A stretch of 64,000 nt of DNA, taken from assembly GCA_030595835.1 (NCBI GenBank), contig JAUVLG010000002.1, positions 19,147 through 83,146 of the forward strand. The letters run 5' to 3'. Origin of the DNA: Candidatus Eiseniibacteriota bacterium. Lineage in GTDB: Bacteria > Joyebacterota > Joyebacteria > Joyebacterales > Joyebacteraceae. Shown here one piece after another: positions 56,623-64,000 of the stretch (its first letter is position 1; every line of letters begins with the position of its first letter). Under the pieces are notes generated by a model. It was not told the origin of the DNA. It saw only the letters and a list, made by a program, of their open reading frames with translations, and searched no databases. The position numbers and the translations under genes were made by a program.

Positions 56623-57015
56623 ATGGAACCGCCCCTCATCGTTGTCAGGAAGTCGAAGTTCGAACTCGAGCTGACTACGTCGGTTGGGACGCGTGTGTTC
56701 CCGGTGGGCATAGGTTCGAACCCGGACGGCGCGGACAAGGAGAGGGAAGGCGACTGTCGTACTCCTGAGGGCGAGTTCACGGTTGTGTCCATCGAGGACT
56801 CGAGCGAGTGGAAGCATGAGGGAGAGCGGGCCTATGGTCCGCTCTTTCTGCGTCTTGACTGCCCGCCCTGGGAGGGGATCGGCATACACGGTACAAACGA
56901 GCCAGAGGGTATAGGCACGAGATCGAGCAGGGGTTGTGTCCGGATGAGGAACGACGATCTCGTGACGGTGGCGGGCGAGGTGACCGTGGGCACACGGGTC
57001 AGGATAGTTCCGTGA
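56623..57015 (+). CDS. L,D-transpeptidase (YkuD) catalytic domain protein
   Basis: GIHGTNEPEGIGTRSSRGCVRMRNDDL carries the His/Cys catalytic motif of the YkuD domain. Confidence 0.75.
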   Translation: MEPPLIVVRKSKFELELTTSVGTRVFPVGIGSNPDGADKEREGDCRTPEGEFTVVSIEDSSEWKHEGERAYGPLFLRLDCPPWEGIGIHGTNEPEGIGTRSSRGCVRMRNDDLVTVAGEVTVGTRVRIVP

Positions 57016-57157
57016 ACGGTCGCCCCGGACATCGACGGCGAAGGACTTCGAGGAAGGAAATCCTGTTGACACACAGGAGGTCCGAGAGTAGATTCATCTT
57101 GCCTCAGGCGGGTGTTTCTTCTGCCGGTATCTCATCACAGATTCTCGGGAGCTTTTT

Positions 57158-57832
57158 ATGCGACCCGGTAAGTTCGTGGCCGTCGCCGGAAACATCGGTG
57201 TGGGTAAAACCCACCTCACCACGCTTCTTGCGAACCACTTGGGCTGGCGCGCGTACTACGAGCCCGTCATCGACAATCCCTACCTCGACGACTTCTATAG
57301 TGACATGGAGCGCTGGTCGTTCCACCTCCAGGTCTTTTTCCTCTCGAAGCGCTTCGAGATTCACAGAGAGATGGTGAGTTCGGACGAACCGTGCATCCAG
57401 GACAGAACCATATACGAGGACAAGGAGATATTCGCTCACACCCTGCACAACCAGGGCTTCATGTCGGACCGGGACTACGAGAACTACACCGCCCTGTTCG
57501 ACGCGATGACGAGCTTCCTGCATACTCCCGATCTCGTGGTCTACCTGCGCGCCGGGGTGGACACGCTGCAGGAGCGTATCAGGTGCCGCGGTCGCAGTTG
57601 CGAGCGGGAGATATCGAGCGAGTATCTCGAGGCGTTGAACCGCGCGTACGAAGACTGGTGCGCCCGGGCATCGCTGATCACAGAAGTGCTTATCATAGAC
57701 ACGGAGGGCCTCGACCTGGTGCGGGACGAGGCAGCCGTGGAACGCGTCCTGACGACCGTTGTGAGGCGCCTCGGGCCGACCACCCCAGAGGATCAGCCGG
57801 CCGAAGTCGGCCTGGAACTCGCGAGCATATAG
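57158..57832 (+). CDS. Deoxynucleoside kinase (dAK/dGK/dCK family)
   Basis: P-loop VAVAGNIGVGKT, ...YYEPV..., ...ERWSFHLQVFFL..., and the DRxxYED motif (QDRTIYEDKEIF). Confidence 0.8.
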   Translation: MRPGKFVAVAGNIGVGKTHLTTLLANHLGWRAYYEPVIDNPYLDDFYSDMERWSFHLQVFFLSKRFEIHREMVSSDEPCIQDRTIYEDKEIFAHTLHNQGFMSDRDYENYTALFDAMTSFLHTPDLVVYLRAGVDTLQERIRCRGRSCEREISSEYLEALNRAYEDWCARASLITEVLIIDTEGLDLVRDEAAVERVLTTVVRRLGPTTPEDQPAEVGLELASI

Positions 57833-58044
57833 CGTCCATCGCGGAATCCGGTTCCAGGGGAAGCGCCGAGCGGAGCCTCACCCAATCCCGATTACACGCA
57901 GGCCGAATGAGATCGAAACCGGAGCGTCCAAGCTCCAGGCGGCTGCATTGGTGAGTCAAGAACCGGTGCGCGGGTGCGCTACACGTGAATTCTTGACCTA
58001 TGGACTGTATGATGATATAATAGGACAGGAATAAAAATGGGGGT

Positions 58045-58602
58045 TTGATGACCTACAGGAGACTGGCGGGGCTTGCGATCGCGCTGGCTGCGCTCCTCGT
58101 GTTGACGGGGACAAGCATATCTGTGGGCGCTGCCAAGAAGGCGCCCGAGTTTACACTTCCGAATCTCGATGGTGAGGACGTCACACTATCTGAGCTGCTC
58201 GAGGACGGACCGGTGATCGTGGATTTCTGGGCGACGTGGTGCAAGCCGTGCATCAAGGCGTTCCCCGATCTGCAGGAGGTCTTCGACAAGTACAGGAACT
58301 GCGGGCTCACGGTAGTTGCCATCTCGATCGACGGACCGAAGTCAATGTCGCGCGTCGGGTCGCTCATCAAGTCGAAGGGGAACACGTTCGAGGTGCTTCT
58401 CGATCCGGGCCAGAAGGTTGCGAGGAAGTTCCACGTGACGTCCGTTCCCAGGACCGTGCTGGTGAACACGGACGGGACCATCGCCTATGCGGTGACGGGT
58501 TACCGCCCGAAGAACCACGAGGAACTGGAAGCCGCCGTGGCCAAGCTCCTTCCGGGCGATTGCCCCGAGGAGCCGGAGAGCGAGGAGAAGGCCGTTGAGT
58601 AG
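58045..58602 (+). CDS. Secreted TlpA-like thioredoxin-fold thiol-disulfide oxidoreductase
   Basis: Signal peptide; APEFTLPNLDGEDVTLSELLEDGPVIVDFWATWCKPCIKAFP. Confidence 0.8.
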   Translation: MMTYRRLAGLAIALAALLVLTGTSISVGAAKKAPEFTLPNLDGEDVTLSELLEDGPVIVDFWATWCKPCIKAFPDLQEVFDKYRNCGLTVVAISIDGPKSMSRVGSLIKSKGNTFEVLLDPGQKVARKFHVTSVPRTVLVNTDGTIAYAVTGYRPKNHEELEAAVAKLLPGDCPEEPESEEKAVE

Positions 58603-60166
58603 AAACGGGTGGGCGCTTGCGCTCCTTTCCGTCGCGCTCTTGGCCCTCGTGTCGGCCTCGGCGTTGGCTGAGACCGACGTCTACGCGAGCGGCGTGGTGC
58701 GGGGGAAGTACCTCTACAGCACCGACGAGGAGGCATCCGTCTGGGACACCAGAGTCGATTTCGACGCCAGCATCGGAGCGCTGACGCTTGGGGCGGTCTA
58801 CCGGGGATTCTGGCTCTCGGACGACGAGTACAATCCCGCGAACGTTGTGGTGGCTGATCCCAACGACGTCAAACATCGCTACGCCGCGCTCGAGTACGAG
58901 GATTTGTACCTCAGGGCAGGGCATTTCTCCACGACGTTTGGGCACGGCCTGACGCTTCGGAGCTACGAGGACGTGGACCTTGAGCACGACACCCTGCTGG
59001 ATGGATTCTCCGCCGAATACGATGCTGGCGTGTTCGATGTTACGGTTCTGACCGGCGCGTCCAGGGAGGATTCAGGCGACAGGTTCTACGCGCATACCGT
59101 GCACGGTGCCCGGGTCAGCGTGCCCGTGGGCGAATGGGTGGAAGTCGCCGGCAGTGCCGTCGAGCGCTCGCGGATCTGGAACGACGAGGACGGCGAGTTC
59201 GGGGGTGACTTCGCCCGGTTCGAGGACAGCGTGCGCGGGGCGGAGGTGTCTGGTTGGATCGGACCATTCACGTTCGGGGGCGAGTACGCTGAGAGGAGCG
59301 GGGACTACCCGGAGGCGGCGAAGAAGGTCGATCCTGAGACCGGCGGGCTCGCGTACCCGCGGGGGCAGGTCGAGACGCAGGGCCACGCGACCTACGCTTC
59401 CGGAACGCTCGACCTCGGATGGGCCACGCTCTTCGGCGAGTTCAAGGACTTCGACGACTTCGCCCACAGCCTGGCCAATCCGCCGACGTGCGTGCGCGAG
59501 CACCTATGGACTTTGATGAACCGCGCAACCTACGAGGTGGATCTCAATGACGAGCGCGGTTTCCTCGTGGAGGGAAGTTCGGTTCTTGGTGACGCAGTCT
59601 TCGTGACGGGTGGGGCGTCGGAAGCCAGGAGCCACGATCGGGATCTTCGCCACTGGGAGATGTTCGGCCACGCGACCTACGACGTGGGCTCCGACATAAC
59701 GCTTGGTGCGGCCGCGTCACGATCGAGGGAGTACCTGTTCGGGGAGGAAGGCGGCATCGGGAAGTTCACCGAGCACACTACGGGAGTGGTGGAGGCCGAT
59801 CTCACCTTCGCGCTTGGGGCTCTCGGTGACCAGACGGTCGAGCTGACCCTTGAGATGCAGCGGACCGAGGATCCGGCCCTGGATACTCAAGATGACTACG
59901 TGGCATCGGTCGCGTGGTATCCGGGGCTGGATCTCATCCCGGGGCTGGAGGATCTCACGGTCTCCGGTGTCTACGAGAAGACGACCATCGATTGGGAGGA
60001 GCGACAGAACTGGATCATGCTCTCCGTCCGGAAGTCGTTTGCCAACGACCTCGAGGCGGAGATCGCAGGCGGCACCGAGCGTGGGGGCAAGAAGTGCGCG
60101 GGCGGCATCTGTCGCTACGAGCCTGAGTTCGAGGGCGTCAGATTCAGACTGACGAAGTTCTTCTAG
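58595..60166 (+). CDS. Putative outer-membrane beta-barrel protein
   Basis: Signal peptide LALLSVALLALVSASALA; alternating amphipathic beta-strand pattern; C-terminal ...VRFRLTKFF ending in an aromatic residue. TTG start overlaps the preceding stop. Confidence 0.5.
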   Translation: MSRNGWALALLSVALLALVSASALAETDVYASGVVRGKYLYSTDEEASVWDTRVDFDASIGALTLGAVYRGFWLSDDEYNPANVVVADPNDVKHRYAALEYEDLYLRAGHFSTTFGHGLTLRSYEDVDLEHDTLLDGFSAEYDAGVFDVTVLTGASREDSGDRFYAHTVHGARVSVPVGEWVEVAGSAVERSRIWNDEDGEFGGDFARFEDSVRGAEVSGWIGPFTFGGEYAERSGDYPEAAKKVDPETGGLAYPRGQVETQGHATYASGTLDLGWATLFGEFKDFDDFAHSLANPPTCVREHLWTLMNRATYEVDLNDERGFLVEGSSVLGDAVFVTGGASEARSHDRDLRHWEMFGHATYDVGSDITLGAAASRSREYLFGEEGGIGKFTEHTTGVVEADLTFALGALGDQTVELTLEMQRTEDPALDTQDDYVASVAWYPGLDLIPGLEDLTVSGVYEKTTIDWEERQNWIMLSVRKSFANDLEAEIAGGTERGGKKCAGGICRYEPEFEGVRFRLTKFF

Positions 60167-60175
60167 GAGGAATGG

Positions 60176-61243
60176 GTGCTGAGACGGGAGCATACGACGG
60201 TTTCGAGGGTCCGGAGCGAGGTTTTCATCGTCGCCCTTGTCGCGGTTGCGATAGCGGGCGGATGCGACTGGTTCGACGCCCCGTCGCAGATCAACCTTCC
60301 TCCTGAGACGACGATAACCGTGTGTCCGTCCTCGCTCGTTTCGCCCGGTGACAATGTCACCATCAAGTGGACGGGCAGCGACCGGGACGGCCAGGTCGTC
60401 GAATACGAGTGGACGCTCGATGACACGCTGGAAGGAACGACGCACGCCACGACGATGATGGTCACCGGTGTGGAGGAGGGAACGCACACTTTCACGGTGG
60501 CATCGATCGATAACGACGGTGATGTCGATGCGTCACCGGCGGAGTGCACGTTCACCGCCGGAGAGTACGTGGAGCGCGTCGTGCTCTGCGAGCTTCTGAC
60601 GACGAAGATATGTCCGAACTGCTGGAAGGCGGACCTGGTCCTCGAGCAGATGCTCGAGGAGTTTGGTGAGGAGAATCTTTCCGTGGTGTCGTACCACTAC
60701 GATCCGCCTCCCGATCCACTGGCGACGCCGGCGACGTTGGCGCGCTGTGACTGGTACTACACGTTCCCGGACTTCAGTCATCTCGGTGATGCCTTCCCGA
60801 CCACGTTGTTCGACGGGCTGACCTACAAGACCGGGGCGGCGGATATCACCGCGACGGAGATCGCCTACAGGACGCAGATCGAGGCTCGCCAGGTTGTCGG
60901 GTCGCCGGTGAGCATCGAGCTTCAGGGAGAGATCGGGGGGGGACGGGGGAGCGTGACGGCCACGGTGAGAGTTCACTACCAGTTGTCCGAGAGCTCCTAC
61001 ACACTTCGGATGATGATCATCGAGAATGACGTCTGGGATGGCGCTCACTTCGCCAGCTTCGTTGTGAGGGAGTTCTTGCTGGAGGAGGAGCTGCTGAACG
61101 TGGACGCCGTGGGCGAGTCGCTCGTCGTCAGCCGGGAGTTCGCGCTCGGCGACTGGAATGCGGAGTATCTGGATATCGTGGCACTGGTGCAGGACGACGC
61201 AACCGCGGAAGTACTCCAGTCCGGGCGGTTGATGACGGAATAG
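60176..61243 (+). CDS. Lipoprotein with Ig-like domain and thioredoxin-like CPNC module
   Basis: Lipobox VAIAGGC. Module VVLCELLTTKICPNCWKADLVLEQMLEEFGEENLSVVSYHY is homologous to the N-terminus of the 61644 gene (VLAEMFGATWCGYCPNATVALQQLQEEYGTDGLVCFYYHV). Confidence 0.6.
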   Translation: MLRREHTTVSRVRSEVFIVALVAVAIAGGCDWFDAPSQINLPPETTITVCPSSLVSPGDNVTIKWTGSDRDGQVVEYEWTLDDTLEGTTHATTMMVTGVEEGTHTFTVASIDNDGDVDASPAECTFTAGEYVERVVLCELLTTKICPNCWKADLVLEQMLEEFGEENLSVVSYHYDPPPDPLATPATLARCDWYYTFPDFSHLGDAFPTTLFDGLTYKTGAADITATEIAYRTQIEARQVVGSPVSIELQGEIGGGRGSVTATVRVHYQLSESSYTLRMMIIENDVWDGAHFASFVVREFLLEEELLNVDAVGESLVVSREFALGDWNAEYLDIVALVQDDATAEVLQSGRLMTE

Positions 61244-61369
61244 TCAGGTTGATGATTGATCGAATGATGGCTGGTTGAGGAAGCTAGTGGGCTGGAACAC
61301 TGCCTCTACAACAGAGAGGCGGCAGGATCCTGCGACAAACCGAGCGGTGTGACCGCAAGGGGAGAACAG

Positions 61370-61540
61370 CATGCTGAAGCGTTCGGCGATCCTGGGACTC
61401 GTGGTTCTGGTCCTGTGTATCGGCGTTCTTCCGGCAGTGTCCGCGCAGCGGACCGTGCTGGCGGAGCTTTTCGGGGCGACGTCGTGAGGCTTACCGCCAA
61501 CGAGGAGAACGCGTTCAGGAAGATGACGCTGCTCAAGTAG
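61370..61540 (+). pseudogene. Deletion-derived remnant of a paralog of the downstream gene (signal peptide plus 13 codons fused out of frame to the last 16 codons)
   Basis: MLKRSAILGLVVLVLCIGVLPAVSAQRTVLAELFGATS* (compare downstream MLRRAAIVIGLAVAVLLAGTVPAASAQRTVLAEMFGATW...). Immediately after, in the +2 frame: ...LTANEENAFRKMTLLK* (compare downstream end ...SSEDSAFRKMTLLK*). Confidence 0.6.
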
Positions 61541-61643
61541 CAGCTTCGAGTGGTGCGCCTAGTTGGTCTGTGTCGGACGCGCCCCCACGGAGCCCGCCTG
61601 CGCCGGGGGCCTTGAGTTGGATGACACCAGGAGGAGGAGCGAC

Positions 61644-63656
61644 ATGTTGAGGCGTGCGGCGATAGTTATCGGACTTGCTGTTGCGGTGCTTCTGGCGGGC
61701 ACGGTGCCCGCGGCGTCCGCCCAGCGAACGGTGCTGGCCGAGATGTTCGGAGCCACGTGGTGTGGCTACTGCCCGAACGCCACCGTGGCGCTGCAGCAGC
61801 TTCAGGAAGAGTACGGTACGGACGGTCTCGTTTGCTTCTACTATCATGTCGGCGATGCGTATGCGACCGCGGAGACGCACAACCGGGCCAGCTACTACGC
61901 GGTTGGCGGCATTCCCGAGGTCGACTTCGATGCTGTGACGGAGGTCGTGGGCGCCGGGACGAATATCTACGACGTCTACGCTCCGATCGTCGCGACGAGA
62001 TACGCGGAGTCGACCCCGGTTACCATTCGCACCGAGGGCGTTATCTACGCCGCGGGCGACCCCGACTCCAGCTGGGTGACGGCGGTGTTCAAGGCCGTCG
62101 ATACCGTGCCCTACGGTGACCTCAGGGCCTACTTCATCGTCTGCGAGAACACGAGCGAGGTCTATCCGTGGACAGTGCGGGACATGCTGCCGCCCTCCAC
62201 GGTCACCACGCTGGCGGCGGCCGGCGACTCCGTCGTCATCACCAGGAAGTTCAAGGTGGACGCGGCGTGGGACCTTGAGGAGCTCGGCGTGGTGGTCTTC
62301 ATTGAGGACACCGATCCGAAGCTGATCGTCAATGCTCAGGTGATGCCCGCACCGTTTAGCAACAGCTTCGGCCACGCGGACCGCTACGCGGTCGAGATCG
62401 ATTACTTGGGCGAGGCCATCTACCACATCGTTCTCGAGAACACCGGCGTGATGTCGGACGTCATCACGGTCGATATCGGTCACGATATTATCCCGGATGG
62501 TCTGGGGTCGTGGGATTGGGTCGCGTTCTACTGTGATACGGACGGCGCCTGTCACTTCGGCCCGTGGGACTTCGTGCTCGAGCCCGCGGCGAAGGAGACC
62601 TTCGACGTTCACATCTTGGACAACGTCGGCCACACTCAGGGCATGGCTCTGACCACGCTTAGCGCGACGAGCACGAGTGACCCCTCGATGATGTCCAGCG
62701 AGTCGTTTGCGACGTTCGTCGACCTGCCGTCGGTCCTGCTGGTCGACGACGACGGCGGCGCATCAGACGAGACGTATCTGGAGACGGCACTGACCGACAC
62801 GGGTTACACGGCGATGGTGTGGGACGCCGAGGTGAGGGGCAGGCCGTGCATGACACGTCTGGAGTCCTACTGGGCGGTCCTGTGGACCACGGGCGGTGGC
62901 TCCGCCGCCGATCTCGGCGGTTCCTGCGAGAACAACATGGCGGCGTACCTGGACGGCGGCGGAAACCTGCTGCTCTCGAGCATGGAGTTCCTGTCCAGCC
63001 GCGTCAACACGCTCGCGTTCCGGACGGACTACCTGCACATCGACTCGTACACGAGCGACAATGGTGGCTTCGTCGTTACGGGCGAGACGGGGGACGCCAT
63101 CTCGGCGGGGATGTCTCTGAATCTGCTCGGAGGTCCTTTCGCTCCCAATCCCAGCGACGTTTTCGTCGCGGGTTCCGCGGCCGATGTCATCTTCACGAGC
63201 CCGGCCGGGACCGAAGGTATTCGCGTTGAGGAGAACGACCACAAGGTGGTCTTCCTGAGCTTCCCGTTCGAGGACGTGAAGACCACGGAGGCCGCTCCCA
63301 ACAACCAGAAGACACTGATAGGGCGCATACTGAACTGGTTCAGCCTGCCGTCTGGTGTTGAGGCCGGACAGGTCCACCGCCTCGCGCTCCAGCCGAACTA
63401 CCCGAACCCGTTCAACCCCGTGACCAGGGTCGCGTTCTCGGTGCCCGAGGCCGCCGGACGGGTGAGCCTCACGGTCCACAACGTCAACGGTCAGGTGGTT
63501 CGCACGCTGGTCGATTCTGAGCTTCCCGCGGGTCCCGCGCTTGCCGTGTGGGATGGAACCGACGACCTCGGGCGCCCTCTCGCGTCCGGGATCTACTTCG
63601 CGAAGCTCGCATCGAGCGAGGACAGCGCGTTCCGGAAGATGACACTGCTGAAGTAA
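61644..63656 (+). CDS. Secreted thioredoxin-like CGYC-module protein with FlgD-like/T9SS C-terminal sorting domain
   Basis: ATG after GGAGGAGGAG; signal peptide; WCGYCPNA module; C-terminus NYPNPFNPVTRVAFSVPEAAGRVSLTVHNVNGQVVRTLVDSELPAGPALAVWDGTDDLGRPLASGIYFAKLASSEDSAFRKMTLLK. Confidence 0.7.
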   Translation: MLRRAAIVIGLAVAVLLAGTVPAASAQRTVLAEMFGATWCGYCPNATVALQQLQEEYGTDGLVCFYYHVGDAYATAETHNRASYYAVGGIPEVDFDAVTEVVGAGTNIYDVYAPIVATRYAESTPVTIRTEGVIYAAGDPDSSWVTAVFKAVDTVPYGDLRAYFIVCENTSEVYPWTVRDMLPPSTVTTLAAAGDSVVITRKFKVDAAWDLEELGVVVFIEDTDPKLIVNAQVMPAPFSNSFGHADRYAVEIDYLGEAIYHIVLENTGVMSDVITVDIGHDIIPDGLGSWDWVAFYCDTDGACHFGPWDFVLEPAAKETFDVHILDNVGHTQGMALTTLSATSTSDPSMMSSESFATFVDLPSVLLVDDDGGASDETYLETALTDTGYTAMVWDAEVRGRPCMTRLESYWAVLWTTGGGSAADLGGSCENNMAAYLDGGGNLLLSSMEFLSSRVNTLAFRTDYLHIDSYTSDNGGFVVTGETGDAISAGMSLNLLGGPFAPNPSDVFVAGSAADVIFTSPAGTEGIRVEENDHKVVFLSFPFEDVKTTEAAPNNQKTLIGRILNWFSLPSGVEAGQVHRLALQPNYPNPFNPVTRVAFSVPEAAGRVSLTVHNVNGQVVRTLVDSELPAGPALAVWDGTDDLGRPLASGIYFAKLASSEDSAFRKMTLLK

Positions 63657-63735
63657 CAGTCTCGCGTGCGCGCCAGGAAGGGTTCTCCGGACGTGCACCT
63701 GTTTCCGACAGTCACGGCGGGAAGGAGTCTCAACA

Positions 63736-64000
63736 TGATGGTCTGGCGCCTGGTGGTGGGAGCGCTCGCGGTAGCTTTGTTCGCGCCCGCCGCTCACGCG
63801 TACCCCAGAGACGATGCGGCGGTGGTCACGGTCGACATTCTCTCTCGTGAGGATATTCATCGTCTGAACGAACTCGGGATGGACATCATGTCAGTCCGGG
63901 AGGGAGTCGCGGAGATAGCGGCCATACCGGCCGAGGTGGATGCGCTGTGGGCGAACGGGTTCCGACCGACCGTCATTCTTCCCAGGATGATCGACGCCGT
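63736..64000 (+). CDS. Secreted hypothetical protein, N-terminal fragment (continues past window end)
   Basis: RBS GGAAGGAG; MMVWRLVVGALAVALFAPAAHAYPRDDAAVVTVDILSREDIHRLNELGMDIMSVREG...; no stop before 64000. Confidence 0.5.

Noticed and set aside
1-64000. CRISPR arrays, IS elements, integrases or phage genes
   Set aside because: No regularly spaced direct repeats with unique spacers and no transposase/integrase-like ORFs or terminal inverted repeats were seen. The only tandem repeats are the coding 48-bp array and the 16-bp duplication.

Overview
High-GC (~67%) bacterial chromosomal window with about 56 protein-coding genes, two tRNAs (Gln-CUG, Glu-CUC) and one clear TPP riboswitch. Three proteins end in a FlgD-like/T9SS-type C-terminal sorting domain and there are two tandem C25 gingipain-like peptidases, which suggests an FCB-group or candidate-phylum (Eisenbacteria-like) organism; this is a guess from the sequence alone.

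Content, left to right:
- ileS (partial), purine nucleoside phosphorylase, yggS-yggT, an orphan MvhD-like Fe-S protein.
- Two giant secreted C25 peptidases (1567 and 1138 aa) plus an adjacent secreted two-module protein.
- glgC and a TonB-like protein.
- A putative envelope-signalling block: a secreted protein with an S55/SpoIVB-like GMSGSP motif, a secreted beta-propeller/Y_Y_Y-like protein, a zf-HC2 anti-sigma factor, and an ECF sigma factor co-transcribed with a nitroreductase.
- A DUF401-like membrane gene broken by a 16-bp tandem duplication.
- EamA and OPT transporters, a PhaR-like regulator, an MFS::LpxL-like acyltransferase fusion, a GT4 glycosyltransferase, an XRE-cupin regulator, a DUF3160-like protein.
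- An ABC-2 exporter directly downstream of a four-gene flavoenzyme operon whose subunit sizes match archaeal PDH1-type proline dehydrogenase / sarcosine-oxidase-like complexes.
- A thiamine island: thiD followed by two radical-SAM genes, and convergently a TPP-riboswitch-controlled operon thi4-thiE-Nudix-HypE/PurM-like-membrane protein.
- An RNase-J-like beta-CASP nuclease, a lysine-rich histone-H1-like repeat protein, gltX plus tRNA-Gln and tRNA-Glu, an ArsR-TrxA-TlpA redox operon, an L,D-transpeptidase, a deoxynucleoside kinase.
- A terminal cluster of secreted thioredoxin-fold CxxC proteins, including two paralogous CPNC/CGYC-module proteins and a deletion-derived pseudogene remnant.

Most interesting: the thiamine island with uncharacterised radical-SAM and PurM-family genes, and no ThiC in the window; the protease/propeller/anti-sigma/ECF module; the paralogous secreted CxxC-module family with a recombination remnant; and the frameshifting 16-bp duplication.

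All calls come from reading motifs in the translated ORFs and the raw sequence; no database searches were run.
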